In this document: piece after piece, positions 16,922 through 26,351 of the stretch
Numbering within the stretch: the first letter of the stretch is position 1
How the letters are laid out: every line of letters starts with the position of its first letter
Assembly: GCA_044370475.1 (NCBI GenBank)
Contig: JBILVK010000002.1
Coordinates: 9,383 to 73,382, forward strand
Source: Bacteroidia bacterium
GTDB lineage: Bacteria; Bacteroidota; Bacteroidia; UKL13-3
Reading direction: 5' to 3'
Length of the DNA: 64,000 nt
The notes under the pieces: generated by a model
The model's input: only the letters and a program-made list of their open reading frames with translations
Told to the model about the DNA's origin: nothing
The model's database searches: none
Program-made: the position numbers and the translations under genes

Positions 16922-17821
16922 CTATTGTCTCGATAAAGTTAAAACCATTCCTAGGGTAAGTATTTGCGACCATTGAATGTCTTTTGATTGATCGTAATCC
17001 TTGATAATATTTACTTGGAAATTGGTACTTATATATTTCGTTGCCTTTAAGGTTAAATTGGCGTTCATGATATGCACAAATGCATTTGGTTTCCCCGATT
17101 TAAAATAGTCATAATTCACCATATACCTAGTTTTGAAATTTACATTTTTGGCTAAATCCTTGTCAAAATTGACAATGTATTGCAATACAAATTGATTTCT
17201 AATCTTATCACCAGGGTTTTCTAAACCATACAATTGAGCATTAGAAATGGTTGGATCAAGCACAATGGTTTGCCTCAAAGTACCAACCCCTAAACGCATC
17301 CATAGATAACTCAAAGGCTTATATTCAAATCCTACGGAGGTTGTGATATAAGCAGGTGCCATAAATTTAGAAACAAGAGAATCCTTAGTTATATCAGATA
17401 AACTCTTGGTCTTAGAATCAAATCCATCCTGAAATTGAGAAAGGAAGTTTAAGGATCCAAAAACATTCCATTTTGGACTAAGAATATAACCTGCTTTTAA
17501 GTCGTAAAACAACCTATCTGCATTTTTTCTTCTTACTTCTCCTTTGTTATCTTGATAACCTAATTGCATCTGCAAATCGCTGTTAAAATCCCAGTTTTCA
17601 GTTTTGTGCTTTACTCCATAATTTAGAAAGCCTCCAAAGGCAAAGCTATTTACACCCCCGCCTTTCCAATTATCACTAAAGGTAGATTGGTTTATAGTAA
17701 AACCAAGTTGAAAGCTATGTTTAAATTTACGTTCTTTTGGAACTGCTGCAGAGCTGTCTGTCTGCGCAAATGTGGGTGAAATAGAAATCCAAAGAATGAT
17801 TAATAGGAAAAGTTTCTTCAT
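16922..17821 (-). CDS. DUF3078-like outer-membrane protein
   Basis: Signal peptide MKKLFLLIILWISISPTFAQ and NWKGGGVNSFAFGGFLNY motif. Beta-strand-like alternating pattern. Confidence 0.55.
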   Translation of the reverse strand: MKKLFLLIILWISISPTFAQTDSSAAVPKERKFKHSFQLGFTINQSTFSDNWKGGGVNSFAFGGFLNYGVKHKTENWDFNSDLQMQLGYQDNKGEVRRKNADRLFYDLKAGYILSPKWNVFGSLNFLSQFQDGFDSKTKSLSDITKDSLVSKFMAPAYITTSVGFEYKPLSYLWMRLGVGTLRQTIVLDPTISNAQLYGLENPGDKIRNQFVLQYIVNFDKDLAKNVNFKTRYMVNYDYFKSGKPNAFVHIMNANLTLKATKYISTNFQVNIIKDYDQSKDIQWSQILTLGMVLTLSRQ

Positions 17822-17825
17822 ACTA

Positions 17826-18968
17826 TTATTGATTTGATTGATTAATTTTAAACATAGCACACAACTGCGCAATCACATAATCAACTTCCTCTTTTGTGTT
17901 TTGCTTGCCAAATGAAAACCTTACACTGGGTCTACCTGCTTCAATTTGCAATTCTGCTAATACATGCGAACCAATACTTGAACCAGAGGAGCATGCACTG
18001 CCTCCTGAGGCTGAAATACCGGCAATGTCCAATTTAAATAACAACATTTCGGCAATGGGTGTAGGAGGGAAGTTCACATTTAATACTGTGTATAACGACC
18101 TTCCTTCAACATCTCCATTGAACATTACGCCTTCAATGTTTTTCTTCAATTGCTCCATCATATAGTTTTTCAAGCTCATAATATGGGCCTTGTCTTGATC
18201 CAAATTTTGGCATGAAATTTCTAAGGCTTTTGCTAAACCTACTATGCCATAGACATTTTCGGTTCCGCCTCTCATATTTCTTTCTTGAGAGCCTCCTGTA
18301 ATCATCGGCGTAATCTGAGCACTATGGTGAATGTAGATAAATCCAACACCTTTGGGACCATTAAACTTATGTGCACCACATGCCAAGAAATGCACATGTG
18401 TTTTACTTAAATCAAAAGCAAAATGCCCCATGGTTTGCACTGTGTCGCATTGGAAGAATGCTCCATATTTACGACAGAGTTCGCCAATTTCTACAATGTC
18501 AATCATATTTCCAATTTCATTGTTCGCATGCATTAAACATACCAACGAATTAGGATAGAGTTGAAGTAATTCTTCTAAACTTTCAATGTCTACATGTCCT
18601 TTAGTATCTAATTTAACCATGTGACTTTTTACCAATCCTTGATGGGCTAATTCCTCAATGGTATGGCTAACGGCATGGTGCTCTATGGGTGAAGAGATAA
18701 TGTTTTTTACTCCTAAGTTCTGAACCGATTTGCGAATGGCCATATTATCTGCTTCGGTACCTCCGCTCGTAAAAAATATTTCGCCTGGTGAGCAATTTAA
18801 TAGGGTTGCAACTTTTTTTCTTGCTTCCTCAACATGCGTTCTTACAAGCCTTCCATGAGAGTGTGTAGAAGATGGATTGCCATATTCTTCCTTCATCATT
18901 TGGGTCATTACCTCAATTACATCAGGATGCATAGGGGTAGTAGCTGCATTATCTAAAAATATCTTCAT
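17826..18968 (-). CDS. cysteine desulfurase (NifS/IscS class V aminotransferase)
   Basis: IFLDNAATTP N-terminus, HKFNGPKGVG PLP-lysine region, SGGSACSSGS active-site Cys loop. Confidence 0.9.
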   Translation of the reverse strand: MKIFLDNAATTPMHPDVIEVMTQMMKEEYGNPSSTHSHGRLVRTHVEEARKKVATLLNCSPGEIFFTSGGTEADNMAIRKSVQNLGVKNIISSPIEHHAVSHTIEELAHQGLVKSHMVKLDTKGHVDIESLEELLQLYPNSLVCLMHANNEIGNMIDIVEIGELCRKYGAFFQCDTVQTMGHFAFDLSKTHVHFLACGAHKFNGPKGVGFIYIHHSAQITPMITGGSQERNMRGGTENVYGIVGLAKALEISCQNLDQDKAHIMSLKNYMMEQLKKNIEGVMFNGDVEGRSLYTVLNVNFPPTPIAEMLLFKLDIAGISASGGSACSSGSSIGSHVLAELQIEAGRPSVRFSFGKQNTKEEVDYVIAQLCAMFKINQSNQ

Positions 18969-18975
18969 TAAACAA

Positions 18976-19866
18976 TTATCTGGATTTTAAGGTTTGAAAA
19001 CCAATTAATTTATACACCAATTTGGCCATGGTGAATTCAGTTAAAATATTACCTTTAATTGGAGCAATTTCAACAACATCAAATCCAACAACATTTCTTT
19101 TGGCAAATACTTCTTTTAAGAAGCTTACTGTTTCATGCCAAAACAAACCATTGGGCTCTGCAGTTCCAACTGCAGGAACTATACTAGGATCAAACCCATC
19201 AGCATCTATGCTAATGTATACGTTCTCGCCAAGTGTTTTCAATGCTTCTTTTGCCCAATTTGGATTCGACCTTACTTGGTGGGCGTAAAAAGTATGAATA
19301 TTATCGCTCGACTTTATTAATTGACTTTCTTCAATGCATTGGGCTCTAATTCCAATTTGTGTTAATGGAACTTCTAAATCGTGAACCCTAGCCATTACCG
19401 AGGCATGTGAGTATTTGTTGCCATGGTATTCTTGCCTCAAATCACTATGAGCATCAATCTGCAAAACATGCACATCCGGTATAAATTTTTTAACGGCCTT
19501 TACCGTCCCAAAAGTGATCGTATGCTCTGCTCCTAAGGTTATTGGAAACTTATTGTCAGATAACAATTGATTGGTATGCTTTTCTATATGCTTAACCGCT
19601 TTTTGATCAACCAGCCCTTTAAAATCCATAGGTGCTAAGGTGCATATTCCTCCCAATAAATAACTTTCTTGATCCAATTCCTCATCATACAATTCAACAA
19701 ACTGTGAAGCTTTTATAATTGCGTTTGGACCTTTGTTGCTGCCAGATAAATAGGAGGAAGTATATTCATAGGGTGCCGACTGAATTACATACTTTGAGGA
19801 ATCGTATGCATAAAATTCCTCGTTTTCAATGGCCAAGAAGTTCTTTTTGTGGTTATAGTATTTCAT
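18976..19866 (-). CDS. speB: agmatinase (arginase/ureohydrolase family)
   Basis: GAEHTITFG, QIDAHSDLR and SIDADGFDPS metal-binding motifs. Confidence 0.82.
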   Translation of the reverse strand: MKYYNHKKNFLAIENEEFYAYDSSKYVIQSAPYEYTSSYLSGSNKGPNAIIKASQFVELYDEELDQESYLLGGICTLAPMDFKGLVDQKAVKHIEKHTNQLLSDNKFPITLGAEHTITFGTVKAVKKFIPDVHVLQIDAHSDLRQEYHGNKYSHASVMARVHDLEVPLTQIGIRAQCIEESQLIKSSDNIHTFYAHQVRSNPNWAKEALKTLGENVYISIDADGFDPSIVPAVGTAEPNGLFWHETVSFLKEVFAKRNVVGFDVVEIAPIKGNILTEFTMAKLVYKLIGFQTLKSR

Positions 19867-19883
19867 TTTTTATATGTCAATTG

Positions 19884-20690
19884 TTAAAATATAGATTCAG
19901 GTATTTCAAACTCATTGTCAACATCAGTAAGTACAAAAGGTTTTCCTTTCGTAATACAAACAGTATGTTCAAATTGTGCCGATAACTTTCCATCAATTGT
20001 TCGGGCTGTCCAACCGTCTTTCTTGTCCACTTTTGCCCTTGCCTTGCCAGCATTAATCATGGGTTCAATGGTGAAAATCATACCTGCCTGTAAAATTGGT
20101 CCAGTATTTTTATCAGCTATATGGCAAACTTCTGGCTCTTCATGGAATTTAATGCCTACCCCATGCCCGCAAAATTCATAAACGGTGCTATAACCAAATG
20201 AGGTAGCATATTTATTAATTTCAAATCCAATATTGTTGAGGTAATTGCCAGAAAAACATTGATTAATTCCAATGGCAAGGCATTCTTTTGTTACTTCTAC
20301 CAATTTTTTAGCATGTTCAGTTACATTGCCCACCAAAAAAGTTTTGGATGTATCCCCAAAAAATCCATTTACAATGGTGGTAATATCTACATTCACAATA
20401 TCCCCTTCTCTTAATTCATGTTTTCCTGGTATTCCGTGACAAATAACATCATTTACTGAAATACAACTTTCTTTAGGGTAACCATGATATCCTAAGGTTG
20501 CAGGTTTTGCTTTTTGGGAGAGCATGTAATCTGTACAAATTTTATTCAAAAAATCGGTACTCACACCAGGTTTAACAAATGGTTCTACTATCTTTAAAGT
20601 TTGGGCAGCTATGATGCTACTTTGTCTAATTCCCTCAATTTGCTCAGGAGTTTTGATAATTATCTTACTTTTTGTGTCTCGAAATGCCAA
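19884..20690 (-). CDS. map: type I methionine aminopeptidase
   Basis: IIIKTPEQIEGIRQSS, HGIPG, DIVNVD, GHGVG and EPM motifs. The only plausible in-frame start is TTG at 20690. Confidence 0.9.
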   Translation of the reverse strand: MAFRDTKSKIIIKTPEQIEGIRQSSIIAAQTLKIVEPFVKPGVSTDFLNKICTDYMLSQKAKPATLGYHGYPKESCISVNDVICHGIPGKHELREGDIVNVDITTIVNGFFGDTSKTFLVGNVTEHAKKLVEVTKECLAIGINQCFSGNYLNNIGFEINKYATSFGYSTVYEFCGHGVGIKFHEEPEVCHIADKNTGPILQAGMIFTIEPMINAGKARAKVDKKDGWTARTIDGKLSAQFEHTVCITKGKPFVLTDVDNEFEIPESIF

Positions 20691-20709
20691 TGTTGCTCAA
20701 TTTAGCTGT

Positions 20710-20717
20710 CAAAAATA
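20710..20717 (-). promoter_or_regulatory. candidate -7 box TATTTTTG upstream of map
   Basis: TAnnTTTG match 20 nt upstream of the start. Confidence 0.35.
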
Positions 20718-20965
20718 AGATTAATTTACCACAAATACATGTCCATGTTCACCCATTCAAAACCACTTTTTACTCGTTTAAAGTTGCACTTTTATTGGTG
20801 TTTGTTCAAACAAACCGCATAACATTCAATGAAAGTAGCTTAATTAGTTGGACGCCATAAAACACAACAGTCACCCAAAATTAAATTGTAATGAGCTAGT
20901 TAAATTTCATGAAATTATCCCATAAGAATGAATGTTCTTTAAGGATTAAAGCAGAAAAAATGTTG

Positions 20966-21313
20966 TTATAATGTCTCAAGTATTTCTTTGATTTCTACAA
21001 TAGACTCATCCACTAAGGTGCTAATTCTATTGATAAAACCAGGCATTTCTGCTATATGACTAGACTCTTTGCCATATTGCTCTAGCGACTTCATGATATT
21101 AAACAATTCGTTTGCTCCAAGCATTTGAATAGGGGCTTTCATTTTGTGCGCCAAATGCCCAATTCCTTCATAATCTTGTTTAGCAAGTAATTCATTAAAT
21201 AGTATTGCTTCTGTAGCAGTAGTATTTACATATAATTCCAACATCTCTTTAATGAAACTATTGTCTCCGCCAGAAATCTCTTTTAAGTAGGTTAAATCAA
21301 TTGTGTTTGCCAT
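20966..21313 (-). CDS. stand-alone Hpt (histidine phosphotransfer) domain protein
   Basis: About 115 aa helical protein with the HLAHKMKAPIQMLGA phospho-His motif. ATG at 21313 chosen because the track start is TTG. Confidence 0.68.
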   Translation of the reverse strand: MANTIDLTYLKEISGGDNSFIKEMLELYVNTTATEAILFNELLAKQDYEGIGHLAHKMKAPIQMLGANELFNIMKSLEQYGKESSHIAEMPGFINRISTLVDESIVEIKEILETL

Positions 21314-21377
21314 TATGAATAATTTAAACAAAATTATGCAAAAAAATAATTTAATTGCATATCAAAATTTCAGTTAA

Positions 21378-22151
21378 ATGCAGAAAGGTATTTGTTTGCT
21401 CAATATTATGCCGTTACGTGCCCATCCAAGCAGTACCAGCGAAATGGTAACTCAATTGCTTTTTGGTGAAACTTATGAGGTTATGGAGGAAGTTGAGGAT
21501 TGGGTTAAAATTAATACCACCTCAGAAAATTATTTGGGTTGGCTAAGCAAAAATCAAATATCTAATTGGAATGAATGTTCTGAGGATCTGTTGTTGCTTA
21601 GAAATTTCCCATATACCTTAGCCATAAATCAGTTAAACAATTCTTTCCATTACTTATTGCCAGGTAGTATTCTTCATCAATTTAAATATAGTGATTCTAG
21701 ATCCACCTTTGAAATTAACAGCAATACTTACGAACTTAAACTGGCACCCAATGAAATGATTTCCCTGCCATTTCATGAAATTGGTAATTATGCTTCCCTG
21801 TTTTTAAATGCACCCTATCTTTGGGGTGGAAGGTCAATGTGGGGCATAGATTGTTCAGGATTTACTCAACTGCTTTTTAAAGTTACTGGAGTTCAACTGC
21901 CCAGAGATGCTTACCAACAAGCAGAATTAGGCGAGCCCGTCGATTTTGTGAACGAAACAAAGATGGGAGACTTGGCTTTCTTTGAAAATGAGGCAGGTAA
22001 AATTTCACACGTTGGAATGATCCTAGAGCCAGGCGAAATTATCCATGCTTCTGGAATGGTTAGAAGAGATGTATTTGATAGCTATGGAATTTTCAATGAA
22101 AATTTAGGCAAACACACCCATAAATTAAGATTAATAAAAAGATATCTTTAA
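21378..22151 (+). CDS. C40 (NlpC/P60) family peptidase with an N-terminal SH3-like domain
   Basis: YLWGGRSMWGIDCSGFTQLLF catalytic Cys motif and a downstream HVGM histidine. Confidence 0.85.
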   Translation: MQKGICLLNIMPLRAHPSSTSEMVTQLLFGETYEVMEEVEDWVKINTTSENYLGWLSKNQISNWNECSEDLLLLRNFPYTLAINQLNNSFHYLLPGSILHQFKYSDSRSTFEINSNTYELKLAPNEMISLPFHEIGNYASLFLNAPYLWGGRSMWGIDCSGFTQLLFKVTGVQLPRDAYQQAELGEPVDFVNETKMGDLAFFENEAGKISHVGMILEPGEIIHASGMVRRDVFDSYGIFNENLGKHTHKLRLIKRYL

Positions 22152-22211
22152 AACAATCGAGTAAAAGTTCGGTTCTAATTAGAAATATTAAACATTTAAA
22201 ACAAATACAAT

Positions 22212-22679
22212 ATGTCATTAAAAGCAGGCGATAAAGCCCCATCATTCAAGTTAATTGATTCAGACAAAAATGAAGTTTCATTGTCTAATTACGCAGGAAA
22301 AAACCTCATCATCCACTTTTTCCCTGCCTCGTTTACCGGTGTTTGTACCACTCAATTATGTACAGTACGAGATGCAATTTCTATGTATCACAACGATAAA
22401 TGTGATGTAGTTGCCATCTCTGTTGATCTTCCATTTACTTTAGCTAAATTCAAAGAATTGCAAAACCTAAATTTCACTTTGCTTTCAGATTTTAATAAAG
22501 AAGCTTCTACTGCTTACGGAGCTATTTACGAAAACTGGATTCTTGGACTTAAAGGAGTGAGCAAAAGATCTGCTTTTGTAGTTGATGGAAATGGAACAAT
22601 TCAATATGCTGAAGTACTTGAAAGTGCTGGCGACTTGCCAAATTTTGCAGCTATCAACGAAACTTTAGAGCGTTTGTAG
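22212..22679 (+). CDS. peroxiredoxin (AhpC/TSA-redoxin family)
   Basis: FFPASFTGVCTTQLC peroxidatic Cys motif; 155 aa. Confidence 0.82.
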   Translation: MSLKAGDKAPSFKLIDSDKNEVSLSNYAGKNLIIHFFPASFTGVCTTQLCTVRDAISMYHNDKCDVVAISVDLPFTLAKFKELQNLNFTLLSDFNKEASTAYGAIYENWILGLKGVSKRSAFVVDGNGTIQYAEVLESAGDLPNFAAINETLERL

Positions 22680-22752
22680 TTTTTTTAGTCTCTGGAATAC
22701 AGATGGGTTTGGTTTTTTTTCTATACCAATTTGTATTTTGTGGGAGTTTGCC

Positions 22753-22760
22753 TACATTTG
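22753..22760 (+). promoter_or_regulatory. candidate -7 box TACATTTG for the tRNA-Arg/tRNA-Leu unit
   Basis: TAnnTTTG match 12 nt upstream of the mature 5' end of tRNA-Arg. Confidence 0.5.
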
Positions 22761-22772
22761 CAGCCCACTAAG

Positions 22773-22846
22773 GGTTTCGTAGCTCAATTGAATAGAGCAT
22801 CTGACTACGGATCAGAAGGTTACAGGTTTGAATCCTGTCGAGACCA
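22773..22846 (+). tRNA. tRNA-Arg (anticodon ACG)
   Basis: Hand-folded cloverleaf: acceptor GGTTTCG/CGAGACC, anticodon loop CTACGGA, T-arm ACAGG-TTTGAAT-CCTGT. 74 nt, no encoded CCA. Confidence 0.88.
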
Positions 22847-22881
22847 CAAAGCCCCTTAAGTGCAAACAAAAGGGGCCTTAT

Positions 22882-22965
22882 GCCCAGATGGCGGAATTGG
22901 TAGACGCGCTGGTCTCAAACACCAGTGAGCTCACCCTCGTGCCGGTTCGACCCCGGCTCTGGGTA
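22882..22965 (+). tRNA. tRNA-Leu (anticodon CAA), long variable arm
   Basis: Acceptor GCCCAGA/TCTGGGT, anticodon stem-loop CTGGT-CTCAAAC-ACCAG, T-arm GCCGG-TTCGACC-CCGGC. 84 nt. Confidence 0.88.
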
Positions 22966-22976
22966 CTTAACAAAAA

Positions 22977-23001
22977 GTCGCTGAATTTCAGCGACTTTTT
23001 T
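22977..23001 (+). terminator. rho-independent terminator after the tRNA pair
   Basis: GTCGCTGA-ATT-TCAGCGAC hairpin followed by TTTTTT. Confidence 0.75.
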
Positions 23002-23104
23002 GTTTTAACTCACTTTTGCCCTTGAATTTTACTTGCCCATTATATCATTAGATGATGATTAATAATATATTCCCATTTTATTAAATTTATCAAACAAGCT
23101 ATTT

Positions 23105-24127
23105 ATGCATATTGGAAAAGGTTATTCATTTAAAGAGGTAATTCTTTGGACCAGAAGAGATATTTTAACGCTTCTCATAATTAATTCTATACCAACTTTT
23201 CTTTTTTATTATTTTAAATGGCAATGGCTCCTACTGCCTTGGTTACCCATTGCTTTATTAGGCACTGCGGTGGCTTTTGTTAGTGGATTTAAAAATAATG
23301 CATCCTATGACCGACTCTGGGAAGCGCGTAAAATATGGGGAGCTATTACCAATTTTAGTCGAACCTGGGGGATAATGGTTAAAGATTATGTTACCACTCA
23401 ACATGCCAAACAACCAGTTTCAGAGGTGGAATTAAATAAAATCCATCTTCAACTATATAACCGACATATAGCTTGGTTAACTGCTTTAAGGTATCAACTT
23501 CGAGAAAACAAAACTTGGGAAGCAATAAACCTCCCTCATAACAAAGAATACCGCAATAGATGGTTTAGGGTAGAGGAACAAGATAATAAAATTGGTGATG
23601 CTATTATGCCCTATTTGTCGCAAAGAGACTACGATATAGTGATGTCAAAATCGAATAAAGCTACCCAAATTATTGCCCTGCAATCAGAGTATTTGAGAGG
23701 CTTATTGCAAGAAGGTTTAATAGAAGACTTTCGACATATGGAATTGGAAAAAGTATTGATGGAATTATACAATCAACAAGGTGCTAGCGAACGTATCAAA
23801 AACTTTCCTTATCCCAGACAATATGCAAGCTTAAACAATTGGTTTATCAAAATTTTTGTTGCCCTAATCCCCTTTGGAATGTTGCAAGAATTTGTGCGTT
23901 TAGGTGATGATTATGTTTGGATGACCATCCCTTTTTCTGCCTTATCTGGTTGGATTTTCACCACCCTAGAAAGAATTGGTGAAACCTCAGAAAATCCCTT
24001 TGAAGGCAGCGCCAATGATGTGCCCATTACTACCATCAGCAGAAACATTGAAATAGACCTACTCGAAATGCTTCATATAGATCACCAGTTAAAACCATTG
24101 CAAGCCCAAAATAACATCCTTAATTAA
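23105..24127 (+). CDS. bestrophin-like (YneE/UPF0187) anion channel
   Basis: LLGTAVAFVSGFKNNASYDRLWEARKIWG motif typical of bacterial bestrophin homologues. Confidence 0.78.
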   Translation: MHIGKGYSFKEVILWTRRDILTLLIINSIPTFLFYYFKWQWLLLPWLPIALLGTAVAFVSGFKNNASYDRLWEARKIWGAITNFSRTWGIMVKDYVTTQHAKQPVSEVELNKIHLQLYNRHIAWLTALRYQLRENKTWEAINLPHNKEYRNRWFRVEEQDNKIGDAIMPYLSQRDYDIVMSKSNKATQIIALQSEYLRGLLQEGLIEDFRHMELEKVLMELYNQQGASERIKNFPYPRQYASLNNWFIKIFVALIPFGMLQEFVRLGDDYVWMTIPFSALSGWIFTTLERIGETSENPFEGSANDVPITTISRNIEIDLLEMLHIDHQLKPLQAQNNILN

Positions 24128-24142
24128 AGTGTTTAATAACTG

Positions 24143-24766
24143 CTACTTTATTTGAAATTCCCCATTTTCATTCATATGCGGATTCTTCATTTGTGGAATT
24201 ACTGGCTTTGGTTTTATCTCCCTTTGCTTTCTCTCAATTTCCATCTGCCCCCCAGATTGCTTAACCTTCTGCCATGCAACCATATTCATGATCACACCAC
24301 TGAGTGTAAACGCACCTCCCAATAACATAGTTCCTAAATTATTCCCTACTGCTCCACCTATGGTTATTCCTGTGCCTAAAAGAGTAAATACATTGGCCAT
24401 AACGCCCTTAGAGCCGGCCTGAACCAATAAGTTTTCTGAAGTAGGCACCGCTGGCGCATTCTTCATTCGAATGATCTTGTTCGACTCAAATACATGATTA
24501 GAATAATAACAGACCTCCTCAGAATTAAACTTTAACATCAACAACTTATTGATTTCTTTGGTGCTGTCTTTTGAGAAGCTTTGAGCAACCAATGCCCGCA
24601 TAATAAGCTCATTTTTTTTAACATTTTTTTCCTGACTATACATCATCGAATGCGAATCAAAATAACTAATCACCTCACTCATTTTTTTACCTTTCATGCT
24701 AGGTATCTCTTGAGCAAAACTTAACATACTGCAGCAAATCAACATGATCACTAATACTATTCTCAT
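24143..24766 (-). CDS. hypothetical protein with a signal peptide and a C-terminal Gly-zipper membrane hairpin
   Basis: MRIVLVIMLICCSMLSFAQ signal and the GTGITIGGAVGNNLGTMLLGGAFTLSGVIM segment. No family recognised. Confidence 0.45.
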   Translation of the reverse strand: MRIVLVIMLICCSMLSFAQEIPSMKGKKMSEVISYFDSHSMMYSQEKNVKKNELIMRALVAQSFSKDSTKEINKLLMLKFNSEEVCYYSNHVFESNKIIRMKNAPAVPTSENLLVQAGSKGVMANVFTLLGTGITIGGAVGNNLGTMLLGGAFTLSGVIMNMVAWQKVKQSGGQMEIERKQREIKPKPVIPQMKNPHMNENGEFQIK

Positions 24767-24823
24767 CTTATTAAATTCTTTTTTTTAATACTCAAACACC
24801 TTACTCTAGAAGAAATCTACCTG

Positions 24824-24831
24824 CAAATGTA
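24824..24831 (-). promoter_or_regulatory. candidate -7 box TACATTTG upstream of the 24143..24766 gene
   Basis: TAnnTTTG match 58 nt upstream of the ATG. Confidence 0.35.
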
Positions 24832-24903
24832 CCCGTTTTATTATTTACTCACCTAGTTAATTGCATTAGATAGAACTAACTTGCAACCCATAAACTATAT
24901 CAA

Positions 24904-26247
24904 ATGTCACAATCAGCCATTCTTGCCAATTTCAATATTACTGAGCTTAATCCTATGCAAATTGCCATGCAAGAGGCTTTTAAACACAAAGAAGATATTA
25001 CCCTTATTTCTCCAACAGGCTCCGGTAAAACCTTGGCATTTCTGCTTCCATTGGTCGCCAAACTCAAACAAAATAAACCAAGCAATGCAGATGAGCCTAA
25101 ACTTCAAGCACTGTTGCAAGCAATGATTATTGTGCCAACACGCGAACTTGCCTTGCAAATTGAAATGGTCTTTAAGAAAATGGGTTCAAGCCATAAAATC
25201 AATTGTTGTTATGGCGGACATTCGGTTCGCATCGAAGAAAATAACTTATCAGAAACACCTGCAGTTTTAGTGGGAACTCCAGGTAGAATTGCCTACCATA
25301 TCAGAAATCAAAACATAGATGTAAGTCAAACTCAATACTTGATTTTAGATGAATTTGATAAGTCGCTAGAGGCCGGTTTTCAAGAGGAAATGAGCTTTAT
25401 CATTCAGCAGCTAAAACACCTTCAAAAGCGTGTGCTTACTTCTGCAACAGCCATTCAAGAAATACCCAATTTTGTAAAAATTAACAAGCCAAATTTACTC
25501 GATTTTACCAAAGGAATTCAGCAACCATTGAGTAGTCTTAAGCTCCAATATGTAAGAGTTATTGGCGATGATAAGTTAGAAGCTCTAATGCTACTTTTAG
25601 GTTCGCTCCAAGATAAATCTGCCATTGTTTTTTGTAACCACAGAGATGCCGTAAATAGAATAAGCGACCAGCTTTTTAAGCACAAAATTGCACATGGATT
25701 TTATCATGGCGGATTAGAGCAAATTGATAGAGAAAAAACGCTTATTAAATTAAGGAACGGAACAACTCGCATTTTAATTACCACTGACCTTGCCTCTCGC
25801 GGTTTAGACATACCAGAAATAGATGTAGTGGTTCATTACCAATTGCCACTTAAAGAAGATGCCATGATTCACAGAAATGGCCGAACCGCTAGAATGAACG
25901 CCAATGGAACCGCAATTTTTCTATTAGATGAACAAGACCATTTGCCACCCTTTTTAGATACAGAACCAGAGGTGCTTCAATTGCCCAACAGCTTCCAATT
26001 ACCAGAGCCTCCACATTGGAAAACACTCTTTATTAAGGCCGGTAAAAAAGACAAAATAAACAAAATGGACATCGTGGGTATGCTGCTACAAAAAGGCAAA
26101 TTAAGCAAGGATGAACTAGGAATTATTGAGGTTTTAGACCATACTGCATACGCCGCCATCAAAGCCAACAAGCTTAAAGCAACCCTTATTTTGGTGAAAG
26201 AAGAAAAGCTAAAAGGGCGTAAAATAAGAATGGAAGAAGCAAGTTAA
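24904..26247 (+). CDS. DEAD-box-type ATP-dependent RNA helicase with a DbpA-like C-terminal RNA-binding domain
   Basis: SPTGSGKTLAF (motif I), PTRELA, DEFD (motif II variant), SAT, HRNGRTAR, and a C-terminal KINKMDIVGML...IEVLDHTAYAAI domain. Confidence 0.88.
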   Translation: MSQSAILANFNITELNPMQIAMQEAFKHKEDITLISPTGSGKTLAFLLPLVAKLKQNKPSNADEPKLQALLQAMIIVPTRELALQIEMVFKKMGSSHKINCCYGGHSVRIEENNLSETPAVLVGTPGRIAYHIRNQNIDVSQTQYLILDEFDKSLEAGFQEEMSFIIQQLKHLQKRVLTSATAIQEIPNFVKINKPNLLDFTKGIQQPLSSLKLQYVRVIGDDKLEALMLLLGSLQDKSAIVFCNHRDAVNRISDQLFKHKIAHGFYHGGLEQIDREKTLIKLRNGTTRILITTDLASRGLDIPEIDVVVHYQLPLKEDAMIHRNGRTARMNANGTAIFLLDEQDHLPPFLDTEPEVLQLPNSFQLPEPPHWKTLFIKAGKKDKINKMDIVGMLLQKGKLSKDELGIIEVLDHTAYAAIKANKLKATLILVKEEKLKGRKIRMEEAS

Positions 26248-26258
26248 TTTCAAAGCAT

Positions 26259-26273
26259 TTCGGTCTGAACCAA
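26259..26273 (+). repeat. iterated motif copy, exact TTCGGTCTGAACCAA (intergenic)
   Basis: Exact 15-mer, 12 nt after the helicase stop codon. Confidence 0.9.
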
Positions 26274-26351
26274 TATTAAATCGGGTTTTCTGGATTTAGT
26301 TGTCAAAACGAACATGGATATAAGAATGGAATAGCAGAGCTTTGAACTGCT

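Noticed and set aside
20691-20965. The 275-nt non-coding gap between the Hpt gene and map, considered as a hidden small gene or sRNA
   Set aside because: All ORFs are 11 codons or shorter on the relevant strand. I saw no strong hairpin or terminator and no similarity to RNA families I know. Only a map promoter box was found. It remains unexplained, but nothing positive supports a feature.
22851-22876. Hairpin GCCCCTT-12 nt-AAGGGGC in the tRNA-Arg/tRNA-Leu spacer, considered as a terminator
   Set aside because: No U-run follows and tRNA-Leu starts 6 nt later. It is more likely a processing-related or incidental structure.
22828-23025. 65-aa ORF spanning the tRNA region
   Set aside because: It is simply a translation through tRNA-Arg, the spacer, tRNA-Leu and the terminator. 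The tRNA folds explain this sequence.
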